The position numbers and the translations under genes are program-made. The notes below the pieces were generated by a model, which did not search any database, had not been told where the DNA came from, and saw nothing but the letters and a program-made list of their open reading frames with translations. A DNA stretch of 64,000 nt from an uncultured archaeon (GTDB lineage Archaea; Iainarchaeota; Iainarchaeia; Iainarchaeales; VGJJ01). Below, piece by piece: positions 19,023 to 27,762 of the stretch. Location: NCBI GenBank assembly GCA_964427715.1, contig CAYRUV010000001.1, positions 34,552 through 98,551 on the forward strand, given 5' to 3'. Within the stretch, counting starts at the first letter, position 1. Each line of letters starts with the position of its first letter.

Positions 19023-20758
19023 TATTCATCCCCTCCGTCTTCCGCGTCTTCTTTCTTGCCTTTCTTTCCACCCTTGGCTTCCTTTTCTTTCTTGTTGAGT
19101 CGGGCGAGTTCCTTCTCTAATTCTTCATCCGACTCGGCCTCAAGGGCTTTTTCTTGCTGATCATCCAATTTGAGTCGCTTGGCGACAGTATCCAACAATT
19201 TGTGCTCAATGGGCTTGGGACTCTGTTCCGTCAATTCTCCCAATGCAATGGCAACTTCCACGGCGTACTTCATGTAAATCCGCTTCTTCTCCATCTTCAA
19301 TCGTTCGCGTTCCTTTCCGATGATGTATCGCGCGGTTCGTCGTCCGGCGTCCATCAAGGCTAAGCGGATTTCTTCAACAATCTCTTCATCGTTCGAAACG
19401 GCCTGCTTTCCCGCTCCCGTGTAGGGGATGTGGACCGAGATTAGGTTAACGAATACAGTAACAGGGGCGGTTTCCGCATCCTTGATTCCATATCGTTTCC
19501 AATCCACGCTCTTGATGGCTTCGGTTATACCACAACCACCCGTGTCAAACAGCAAGGGTACGCGGTTGGCGAATCGCATGGCTTCCATTCGCATCTCTTC
19601 TCCGACGCGTCGACCGGCTTTTCCACCGTAGGCCACGGCGGCTTCGACTTGGAAGGGATATCCTCCTTCTCGCACGGCGGGTTTTCGCGTGACAACCGAT
19701 AAGAATTCCGGTTCGACGATGGATCGCAGGGACTTGTCGACTTGTTCTTCTCCAATCGGTCGCAACATGTCGGTTCGCGGGGCGATGAAGGTGACCGTTT
19801 TGAAGGCCTTGATGAGCTCTTCAATTTCCGCCCACGTTAACTGATGAGGGTCTTTGTTCAAGTCGAAGGAAGTCTGCTTCTCAATTTCCTTAATCGCATT
19901 GTCTCCCATTCGGTCCAATTCGGTCTTGAGGAACGAATTAGTCTTTCTCGAAGGAGTAGACTTGGCCATGTTGAGAAGTTCATCCACGGTGACTCCTCTC
20001 GGATGCGGCTGAACTTCTTCAGGCTTCTCGGGGATCTTCTTCGCGGTGCGTTCGAACACCACCGATTGTCCCGAAGGGTCGGTGAATGTGATCTTACAAT
20101 GAGGGTTGGCGATCGCCGTGCGTCGGAGATACTCCATGGGTCCCTGTTCGTTGTTGACGTATTTCATTTCCTTGAACTGGGCCTTCACGATGGCTCCGCG
20201 GAACTTCTTAGTTAGAACTTGAATATTGCTCACTTTAGGGTTGTTGTACTTCGTATCAATGCTCACGTCGCATGAGAATACTTCGTGGGAGTTTCCCGTT
20301 ACCACTTTGACTTCCTTTCCAGTCGTCATCTGGGAAAGCATAGTACATCCCGCGGCTCCAATTCCTTGCTGTCCGCGCATCTGCATCAAGCGGTGGAATT
20401 TGGTTCCGGCGAGCAATTGACCAAAGGCCTTTCCCACGGTTTCCTTCGTGAGTCCGGGGCCGTTGTCCGTACTGGTGACTTCGTAGTGTTCGTCCCCTAA
20501 TTCTTTGATTTGAACGTCAATATCGGGCAGAATGTTGGCGTTTTCACACGCATCTAAGGAATTGGTCACGTATTCGTGAATAATGGTTGTGAGGGCTTTC
20601 GTCTTTCCGCTCAATCCGAGCATTTGCTTGTTTTTCTTGAAGAATTCAGCAACGGAGTGTTCGCGAAATTCCTTGGCCATATCATCCGCGGTCACGGATT
20701 CCTCTCTTGGGGAGGGTGTTTTGACGTGTTTTTCGTTGGATTCCGCGGGTTTGGCCAT
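19022..20758 (-). CDS. top6B: DNA topoisomerase VI subunit B
   Basis: EYVTNSLDA, DNGPG, RGQQGIG, RFANRVPLL. Confidence 0.96.
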   Translation of the reverse strand: MAKPAESNEKHVKTPSPREESVTADDMAKEFREHSVAEFFKKNKQMLGLSGKTKALTTIIHEYVTNSLDACENANILPDIDVQIKELGDEHYEVTSTDNGPGLTKETVGKAFGQLLAGTKFHRLMQMRGQQGIGAAGCTMLSQMTTGKEVKVVTGNSHEVFSCDVSIDTKYNNPKVSNIQVLTKKFRGAIVKAQFKEMKYVNNEQGPMEYLRRTAIANPHCKITFTDPSGQSVVFERTAKKIPEKPEEVQPHPRGVTVDELLNMAKSTPSRKTNSFLKTELDRMGDNAIKEIEKQTSFDLNKDPHQLTWAEIEELIKAFKTVTFIAPRTDMLRPIGEEQVDKSLRSIVEPEFLSVVTRKPAVREGGYPFQVEAAVAYGGKAGRRVGEEMRMEAMRFANRVPLLFDTGGCGITEAIKSVDWKRYGIKDAETAPVTVFVNLISVHIPYTGAGKQAVSNDEEIVEEIRLALMDAGRRTARYIIGKERERLKMEKKRIYMKYAVEVAIALGELTEQSPKPIEHKLLDTVAKRLKLDDQQEKALEAESDEELEKELARLNKKEKEAKGGKKGKKEDAEDGGDE

Positions 20759-20763
20759 CGTTT

Positions 20764-21297
20764 TCACCTGAACTCGAACTCTTCTTCGTTGGAATGGGAT
20801 TGCCGTAAGTAATTTAATACGCTGGCATGTTCGGCCCCTTTAATCAACATAAGCACGGCGTGCTGAGCCTTCTCGACGTTTTCCGCCTTGCCGATGATTC
20901 CAATGGTTTTACCATACACGGAGATGTGTGTCTGCGTGTCGGCTTCAATCTTTTCTCGGATCGCACCTTCCTTTCCAATGATGCGTCCTTTCTTGGATTG
21001 GATCTGCTTCCAATTCTTCCCCAATTCTTCGGTGAGGTTGATGAGTTCGAAATAGTACTCATCATCCGTGAGTTTCATGGCGTGCTCGGGGGAGAATCCT
21101 CGTCCGATGGCGCGGATGATATTAGCGGCCTTGAGGACCAATGCAGCATCCTCGGCTTCGATTTCTACGTCGCCGTTCTTGCTATCAATGCGTACTTTGG
21201 TTTTGGTGCCCTTTTCGATGGTCTTTTTGGTTCCCCCATTGGGACCAATGGCTACGGCGACTCGGTCTTTTGGAATAGCAAATTCGTCAGAAGGCAT
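20764..21297 (-). CDS. KH-domain RNA-processing protein (Dim2/Pno1-like)
   Basis: IGPNG, AIGRGFSPE, KGRIIGKEG; conserved synteny with RIO1 and TopoVI. Confidence 0.93.
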   Translation of the reverse strand: MPSDEFAIPKDRVAVAIGPNGGTKKTIEKGTKTKVRIDSKNGDVEIEAEDAALVLKAANIIRAIGRGFSPEHAMKLTDDEYYFELINLTEELGKNWKQIQSKKGRIIGKEGAIREKIEADTQTHISVYGKTIGIIGKAENVEKAQHAVLMLIKGAEHASVLNYLRQSHSNEEEFEFR

Positions 21298-21374
21298 AGG
21301 AGGGGATCCACCTCATGGGTGTTATAGACACGTCTTCGTAAAGAGGGGTTAAAAGGATTGGGGCGGATTGGCGC

Positions 21375-22127
21375 CTACTTTTGGGCTTCCTTAGCCTTTT
21401 TGACGTCGTCGTAGAACTGATCATAGGTCAGCTCTTTCATTCCCAACCGGTGGAAGACCTTCAACATGTTCTTGATGTCTCGCTCATAGAACTTCTTCGC
21501 GTTGGGGTGGATGGTGGGGACCGTTTGTCCAACATCGATGATGATAGGCTGGTCTCCTTTCACTAAGATGTTGTATTCCGACAAATCCCCATGGATGAGT
21601 TTGGCATTCAGCATGGCGGCGATGGCCTTCACTACATTCGTGTAGAATTTGTCCAAGTTTTTAATGTGTGCATCCTTGAGTCGCGGGGAGGCTTCTCCTT
21701 TCTCTCCGATGAATTCCATCACCAACACATTTTCTTTCGCCGCAAGAGGCATGGGCGCGGGAACGCCGGCTTCTTTCAATTTGCGCAGGGAGGCAAATTC
21801 CTTTTGGGTCCATGCAAAAACGATTTGTCGTTTATCGTTTTTTATTTTTTGAAATCGCGTTTCAAAATGAAGATAATCTTCCATTCTCCTAAAGTCGGAG
21901 GTTTCTATTTTGTAAATTTTAACTGCACGATAATGTCCATTGTTATCGGAGGCGCGAAAAACGTGGGCTTCTTTCCCCGTTGAGATTGTAAATTCGAGGT
22001 GATCAAAGTGTCCGAGGGAAGCAAAGTTGTGGATGACACGAATCACATTCTTATCAAACACTTTCTCAAAGGTCTTTCTCAAATCTTCTTCGGGAAAGAG
22101 CTTGGAGAGGTTGTACTGGTCTTCCAT
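21375..22127 (-). CDS. rio1: RIO1 kinase
   Basis: STGKEAHVF, AVKIY, IHGDLSEYNIL, IIDVGQ. Confidence 0.95.
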   Translation of the reverse strand: MEDQYNLSKLFPEEDLRKTFEKVFDKNVIRVIHNFASLGHFDHLEFTISTGKEAHVFRASDNNGHYRAVKIYKIETSDFRRMEDYLHFETRFQKIKNDKRQIVFAWTQKEFASLRKLKEAGVPAPMPLAAKENVLVMEFIGEKGEASPRLKDAHIKNLDKFYTNVVKAIAAMLNAKLIHGDLSEYNILVKGDQPIIIDVGQTVPTIHPNAKKFYERDIKNMLKVFHRLGMKELTYDQFYDDVKKAKEAQK

Positions 22128-22155
22128 ACGCGTGAGAACCCTTCCGAGGATTTAA

Positions 22156-22476
22156 TCAGATGGGCATCTTCTCCAACGCGCCCATGCGTCGGAGCTTCTC
22201 AGTCTGCATGGGCAAATAGCGCCATACTACGTCGGCCTTGATGGGTTGGAAGTCCCATAATCGAACAATGATGACATCGCCTTCGCGCATCCAGACTTTC
22301 TTCTTGAGTTTTCCAGGAATGCGGCAATGTCTTTCTTTCCCGTCCTCGCACATGGCCAATATTTGGTCGGTTCCATGGAGCTTAACGACAACCGCGAACA
22401 TTTCTCCGTGGTCTCGGTAGGGCAATCGGAGGCGATATCCGCCCTCAGGGTTATCTGTAGTAGTGGGTTCAACCAT
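22156..22476 (-). CDS. eif1a: Translation initiation factor aIF-1A
   Basis: CEDGKERHCRIPGKLKKKVWMREGD. Confidence 0.95.
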   Translation of the reverse strand: MVEPTTTDNPEGGYRLRLPYRDHGEMFAVVVKLHGTDQILAMCEDGKERHCRIPGKLKKKVWMREGDVIIVRLWDFQPIKADVVWRYLPMQTEKLRRMGALEKMPI

Positions 22477-22800
22477 TCAATAACCACCTGTGGAATTCAG
22501 TTTATAGACCTGCGCGTGGGGCTCTCCTTGAATTCGGATGATGTTTTTTTCTCCCACCACTCCTTTTCGCAGGGCCACCTTTACACAATGCGTGCCGAAC
22601 ATGTTGATGTTTCCTGCCTCCAGTAAGAGGGTTTCGAGTTCTTCTTCCGAAATAGATTCCCCATGATAGAAGGTCGTGCTCACGGTGAAGGTTATTTTTC
22701 CTTCCTTGAATGTCTTTCCAATCAATTCCTTGTCGGCCACGGCCAACACTTCGCCTAAATCATTGGCATGGTGCTTGTACACAATCGTCTTCGTGTTCAA
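22477..22800 (-). CDS. DUF424-family protein
   Basis: LAVADKELIGK, FYHGE, N.FG..V, GEPHAQ. Confidence 0.85.
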   Translation of the reverse strand: MNTKTIVYKHHANDLGEVLAVADKELIGKTFKEGKITFTVSTTFYHGESISEEELETLLLEAGNINMFGTHCVKVALRKGVVGEKNIIRIQGEPHAQVYKLNSTGGY

Positions 22801-22806
22801 CGTTTC

Positions 22807-23220
22807 TCATCCTCGGATGGGAGAAATAGCTCCGCAGGCTTCGCACTTCAATTGTCGCACGCCGTTGTGCTCCACATAATGGGTGTCGGGCTTTCCGCAC
22901 TCTTTGCATAAGACATATTCTTCCAGGAATCGCTTGAACCAATCATTAATTTGTTTCTCGTTGAACTTTCCACCCATCATCAACCGGTCCCCTTCGGGTT
23001 TCGCGGGGGAGGCACTTTCTTTGGTGAGGAATTTCAACAAATCCTTGGGATCTTCACGTCGCATAATCTTGGTGAGTTGAGTGAAGTTCTTGATGAATGT
23101 CTTAGGTCCCTGCGTAAAGCTCTCCACTCGAGGGAATTCGAATCGTTCCTTGTCGAGGCTACGTTTGGGTATCTTGGCGTAGAGTCGATCCAGCATGGCC
23201 TCGTAGGAAGGGATGGTCAT
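22807..23220 (-). CDS. eif2b: Translation initiation factor aIF-2 beta
   Basis: ERFEFP, YVLCKECGKPDT, CEACGA zinc ribbon. Confidence 0.95.
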   Translation of the reverse strand: MTIPSYEAMLDRLYAKIPKRSLDKERFEFPRVESFTQGPKTFIKNFTQLTKIMRREDPKDLLKFLTKESASPAKPEGDRLMMGGKFNEKQINDWFKRFLEEYVLCKECGKPDTHYVEHNGVRQLKCEACGAISPIRG

Positions 23221-23280
23221 ACACTCGTTGGACGTGAAAGTGTTTATAAAAGCCGGGTCGAGAAGGCAGGGAAAATACCC

Positions 23281-23784
23281 TCAGAGGTATTCCCTTTCAA
23301 CCTTGAATTGGGCCGCGGAGACAAAGTCGGGATCGTCGGATGGGCTTGTTTTAGGCTTGGAAACCGAAGGACCAGGAGGTGTGGTGAGTATTTTGGTGGA
23401 GGCCGGGATGAAGGGTTGGAGGGCGTCGATGCGTGGGTGTTCCTTTCTCATGGCCTCCCATCCCTGCGTAGTTTGAGTGGTACAGTGCGTGTATTCCTCC
23501 TTCTCAATCCGCTTGGCCCATTTCGCGGCCAAGGAAACGTTTCCATCCGGCTGGGGGACGATTAATCCATAGGCGCGGACATGCTGTCCCACTTCAAATC
23601 GTTCGGCATACTGTTCCACGTATGCAGACCATTCTCCTTTCTCATCCTTTCCCTTGAGTATGACTTCGCTGGGCTTGATTTTGACATCCGTCAGGATTCC
23701 ATGCACAAATACGGTGTGGTTAATGAGCGGCGTATTTGGATAGAGGGCCGGGGCGAACACGAAGAGGGTGGGTGGATAGGCCAT
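23281..23784 (-). CDS. Hypothetical protein, possible OB-fold
   Basis: VFVHGILTDV...FEVGQHVRAYG beta-strand pattern; disordered tail. Confidence 0.55.
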   Translation of the reverse strand: MAYPPTLFVFAPALYPNTPLINHTVFVHGILTDVKIKPSEVILKGKDEKGEWSAYVEQYAERFEVGQHVRAYGLIVPQPDGNVSLAAKWAKRIEKEEYTHCTTQTTQGWEAMRKEHPRIDALQPFIPASTKILTTPPGPSVSKPKTSPSDDPDFVSAAQFKVEREYL

Positions 23785-23809
23785 GCACTCACTAACAGAA
23801 TGCGTTCTT

Positions 23810-24676
23810 TTATGGGAATAGGCCGGAGACGGAAATCAATCCGTAGGTGACGACCATCATGGCGACTTGCAAGGGTAATGCCGGGAGGGCTTTTCCGACG
23901 TTCTTGCTCCCATAGTCCAACGTGAAGGCCAAACCAAGGAAGGCGGCAATGAGGATGAGGATGGACGGAAGGGTGGCGTACGGCCAAATAAGTCCGCGCG
24001 TGAGGGAATCATTCAGCACGGATACACTAAACACCAATGGCATGACCAAGTCTCCGGTTCCCAATTCGAATTGGTGCTTTTCAGTGGGAAGTGCGAACGT
24101 GAAGGAGAGATTCTTTTTCGCCACCGCCTTGGCCATGGTGACCATGTGTTTGGTCTTGAATACGGCGATGTAATCGTAGGCGGCCAATAGAATCAAGAAC
24201 ACAATCACAGGAAGCACTCCAATGCTCACACCCAGCAATGCGCCCACTCCCACGGTGGCCACGATGGAGGAAATGTTTCTCCATATCAAGTATTGCGGCA
24301 TGAAGATGCGTATCATGATTAACGCAACCGCGAGGATGATGGCGAGGGCTTGGGCGATGTCACTCTCAATGGATGGAACGTATCCAATGAGTCCCCAGAA
24401 TGTGATGAATGCCGTAGTTACGAGTGCAAGGGCTTCAATTCCCTTCAGCACCCAGTACAATAGTTTGTCGGGGAAGAATTTGATGGCAATGAGGATGAAT
24501 GCCGTTCCCACGAGCATGTAGGCGATTAATCCCAATGAGTTGATGGGGTCTTCCGGGTTGTCGTTGATGATGGTGGTTTGTAAGTCTTCTTGGATGAGGT
24601 GGTATCCCACCAGCAATCCGAGCACGTTCACGATGAGGAAGAACATCCCCAGCTGCAGCATCAACTCCCTATCCAT
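23810..24676 (-). CDS. Presenilin/SPP-family GxGD intramembrane aspartyl protease
   Basis: YD, LGTGD and PALP motifs; multiple TM helices. Confidence 0.93.
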   Translation of the reverse strand: MDRELMLQLGMFFLIVNVLGLLVGYHLIQEDLQTTIINDNPEDPINSLGLIAYMLVGTAFILIAIKFFPDKLLYWVLKGIEALALVTTAFITFWGLIGYVPSIESDIAQALAIILAVALIMIRIFMPQYLIWRNISSIVATVGVGALLGVSIGVLPVIVFLILLAAYDYIAVFKTKHMVTMAKAVAKKNLSFTFALPTEKHQFELGTGDLVMPLVFSVSVLNDSLTRGLIWPYATLPSILILIAAFLGLAFTLDYGSKNVGKALPALPLQVAMMVVTYGLISVSGLFP

Positions 24677-24731
24677 GCGTGAAATAGGGGCCCAATCCTT
24701 TTAATGAAAGGGGGTTTTGCCCCCGGGTTGC

Positions 24732-26882
24732 TTAGGCGCCCTTGAGGAATCCATGGGAGGGCTCGTAAATATCCCCGGCTTTCTTGAGTTTGGTGATGAG
24801 ATCGCGCACCTTCTCCTCTTCGATTCCTCGCGAGAGAGCTTCGGCCACCACATCCTGGATGGGGACGTTGCCCATTTCCTTGGACTTAGATTTGATGATT
24901 TCTGTAATCGTTCGCATGTGATCTCTTGAGGATTGGGTCTGTCCACTCGTGATGATGTCGATATCAATGCGTCCGGTTTCGGGGTCCTTCACCACATCCT
25001 CTAAGGAGCTCTTCACCAATCGTACCGCGCGCTCCGCATCCTCGACCGTGACGTCGTCACTCAATCGTACGCGTGCAGAGGCTTCGGCTAATCGCACGAG
25101 TCCTTCTAATTGTCTCGCGGTCGCCGAGTAACTTCCGGTTTGTCGTCCCTGGTCGCGCAATCCTACATAGAATTCTTGGAGCTTCTCCACGGCCTCGTGG
25201 GAGAGGATGGGGAATACTCGCTGTCGCGCATAGGAGATGTATTTGCGCAATAATTCCGTGTCGATGATTGGGGAGACTTTTTCTTGAATCATTTGTATTT
25301 CCTGCGTGTTAATCTGTTTGTTCCCGCGATTCATTTGCAATAATTGTTCTCCCGCACGATGCGTGGCGAGGATGTGGGCTGCGATGGTTTCATCCTTTTT
25401 CTTGTCCAGGGTGTCGCGGATCATGAAGAATAAATCAAATCGAGAAATAAGCGAGGCCGGGAGATCAATCTGTTCGAAAAAGGGTTTGTACGTGTCGAAT
25501 CGGGAAAGCTTAGGATTGGCGGCCGCCAATACACTCGTATCGGTCTTGAATCGAGTAACCATTCCGGCCTTGGCCACGCTGACTTGTCCTTGTTCCATCG
25601 CTTCGTGCATGGCGGATCGGTCTTCGGGTTCCATCTTATCAAATTCATCCACCATGACCATTCCGCCTGAGGCTAATACGAGTGCACCGGCCTTGAGAGT
25701 CCACCCTCCTTCTCCAAAGTCATCCTTTACCGCGGAGGCCGTGAGTCCGGCCGAGCTGGATCCTTTTCCACTTACATACACGGACTTGGGTGCAATTCGA
25801 TCGGTGGCGTGCAAGAGCATCGATTTTCCGGTTCCCGGGTCACCCACGAGCAACACGTGGATGTTTCCCCTAATTTTGGTGTCGCCGGGAAGATTTTTCC
25901 GCACGCCTCCGAATAATTGCAAGGAGATGGATTCTTTGGCAATCTCGTGCCCGTGAATGGAGGGGGCAATGGATTGCACGAGCAAGTCGTAGATGCGGGG
26001 ATTCTTGGACAATTCCTTGATCTTCGTCTCATCGTCTTCGTTAATTGAAACGTCTTCGAATTCTTTTTCGGTCTCTTCTAAGTGATGGGCTTCCAAATAC
26101 CGTCCGTACACGTTCTTCTTGTCCTTGTTGGGGGGATATAGGCGCAGAATGCCCGTAATCATGGTTCGGTTTCCCGGATACACGCGGTTCACGAAGTCAT
26201 CCTCGATGTATACGTCCAAGTTGACGGCTTGTTCGCTTCCCTTGAGGCTTTCCAAGGGTTCTTGGATTTGTATTTTCTGGTAATCCGTGAAGGCACTTCC
26301 CTCGGGTAAGAGTTCGAAGTCCTTGTGCTTGCACGAGCAAATGATGGGTTTTCTCTGCTGGTGTCCCTCTTGGAGTATTTGATACGTGTTTCCACATCGC
26401 TTGCATCGCCAATTGGCATTCTTGAGTTTAGGCATGACTTCGGTGACTTGACGGATGACTCCTTCCACGGAAATTAATCGTCCGAGTTGCGCGGCCGAAA
26501 TATCCCGCACGAGGGGGGTGCGATCCTTGGGTAGGCTTCGAAAGCGAACGTTGGGTTCGAATTTATCCAATTGCAATACCGAGACTTCAATTTTTTGTAC
26601 GGCGAGCTTGGCGGCTTCCATCAACAAGTCCGGGTGTTCTAATAGTTCGTTGGCCAATTCGTAATCAAATGAGTCCAAATCGTTGAAATCCACCACCAAT
26701 GAGCGCTGTTGCGGATATTCGTGGGCGAGTTTTTCGATTTGCTTCTTGTATTCCAACGTAGAAAAGAATTCCTCGAATTTGGGGATGAAGGGATTGGCCT
26801 CACCTTTCAACGTCACCGAGGCAATTTGCATTTCCTCGGGCTTCTCGAATCGAGCTTCGTTGAACTGGTTGTCCCCATCCAT
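24732..26882 (-). CDS. mcm: MCM replicative helicase (no intein)
   Basis: Zinc finger, GDPGTGKS, DEFDKM, SRFD, C-terminal wHTH. Confidence 0.97.
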   Translation of the reverse strand: MDGDNQFNEARFEKPEEMQIASVTLKGEANPFIPKFEEFFSTLEYKKQIEKLAHEYPQQRSLVVDFNDLDSFDYELANELLEHPDLLMEAAKLAVQKIEVSVLQLDKFEPNVRFRSLPKDRTPLVRDISAAQLGRLISVEGVIRQVTEVMPKLKNANWRCKRCGNTYQILQEGHQQRKPIICSCKHKDFELLPEGSAFTDYQKIQIQEPLESLKGSEQAVNLDVYIEDDFVNRVYPGNRTMITGILRLYPPNKDKKNVYGRYLEAHHLEETEKEFEDVSINEDDETKIKELSKNPRIYDLLVQSIAPSIHGHEIAKESISLQLFGGVRKNLPGDTKIRGNIHVLLVGDPGTGKSMLLHATDRIAPKSVYVSGKGSSSAGLTASAVKDDFGEGGWTLKAGALVLASGGMVMVDEFDKMEPEDRSAMHEAMEQGQVSVAKAGMVTRFKTDTSVLAAANPKLSRFDTYKPFFEQIDLPASLISRFDLFFMIRDTLDKKKDETIAAHILATHRAGEQLLQMNRGNKQINTQEIQMIQEKVSPIIDTELLRKYISYARQRVFPILSHEAVEKLQEFYVGLRDQGRQTGSYSATARQLEGLVRLAEASARVRLSDDVTVEDAERAVRLVKSSLEDVVKDPETGRIDIDIITSGQTQSSRDHMRTITEIIKSKSKEMGNVPIQDVVAEALSRGIEEEKVRDLITKLKKAGDIYEPSHGFLKGA

Positions 26883-26936
26883 ATATGGCTCACGCTTTCC
26901 TACACTATAAAGCGCTTATGGCGGCTTTTCGCCAAC

Positions 26937-27063
26937 GGATTGGGAGACGTATTTTATTGGTATTTTTGGGAGATAGATTGGAACGTCTCCCTCCTACTTA
27001 ATGCGCGTGGGTTGGGTTTCCAAACACGTTCAACTTATCCGTATTCGGGTCCTGAACCAATCC
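26937..27063 (+). ncRNA. Candidate structured ncRNA (four-helix junction)
   Basis: Closing stem GGATTGG/CCAATCC, three internal hairpins, upstream TATAAA, downstream T tract; family unknown. Confidence 0.4.
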
Positions 27064-27089
27064 TTATATTTTGAGTCCATGGACACGTC

Positions 27090-27476
27090 TCATTTGTCGA
27101 GCAGTATCGTATGGGGGGTTTTGGAAAAATCGGCATCGAGCGTGAGGAGTTCCGCGTTTTCGGCTCGAGCAGAGCTGTAGATGAGGCTATCAATGGCTGG
27201 GAGCTTATACTTTTCGTGGAAGTCGACCGCCTGAAGGGCTATTTTGGAGTCAATCGGGATGATTTGGCTTCGTTCTTGGATGAACTCCACTATTTTTACT
27301 GATTCTTTGGTTGAAACGGCCAATTGATGGAGGCGGTTCTTGATTTCATAGAGGGAAAGCACGGACGTTTGGAGGATGCCATCGACCTGATCCACGATTG
27401 GAACAATGCGGGAATCCTTTTCGATGAGATATTGAATCCATGCGCTGGAGTCGAGGAACAGCCTAGTAGCGGTCAT
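27090..27476 (-). CDS. vapC: PIN-domain toxin (VapC-like)
   Basis: FLDSSAWI, SVLSLYE, IDSLIY, LLTLDADF. Confidence 0.92.
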   Translation of the reverse strand: MTATRLFLDSSAWIQYLIEKDSRIVPIVDQVDGILQTSVLSLYEIKNRLHQLAVSTKESVKIVEFIQERSQIIPIDSKIALQAVDFHEKYKLPAIDSLIYSSARAENAELLTLDADFSKTPHTILLDK

Positions 27477-27678
27477 GCTGGTCCCTTAGTCCCCTCAGGG
27501 CTTCTTCGAGAGTGATTTTGTTCTTGATTGATAAGTGTCCCGCGAGGGATTTTCCCTTGCTTCGGATGAGTGATTTGATGACCTCATTATAGGTCTTTGA
27601 ATGGTACGTCTGTTTGAGCCGATCCAGCTCCTGCTTGACCTCGGTCTCTACTTGAATGGTTGTTGCATCGGAGTCCAT
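27463..27678 (-). CDS. Antitoxin (VapB/RHH-like)
   Basis: TTIQV...KQELDRLK...TYNEVI; overlaps the vapC start. Confidence 0.8.
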   Translation of the reverse strand: MDSDATTIQVETEVKQELDRLKQTYHSKTYNEVIKSLIRSKGKSLAGHLSIKNKITLEEALRGLRDQHDRY

Positions 27679-27762
27679 GATAATTATAGCGCTATAATTT
27701 CTTAATAATCCTTCCGGGGGTGATTCGCCAAGGTTAAAAGGCCTCTTTTTCACTTCTATGTC

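Noticed and set aside
24732..26882. Possible intein in MCM
   Set aside because: Normal length, contiguous motifs and no splice-junction signatures
26937..27063. 5S rRNA or intron-containing tRNA interpretation (CCCGAATACGG on the - strand resembles 5S loop C)
   Set aside because: Helix topology and the other conserved 5S or tRNA motifs do not fit; kept only as an unknown ncRNA candidate
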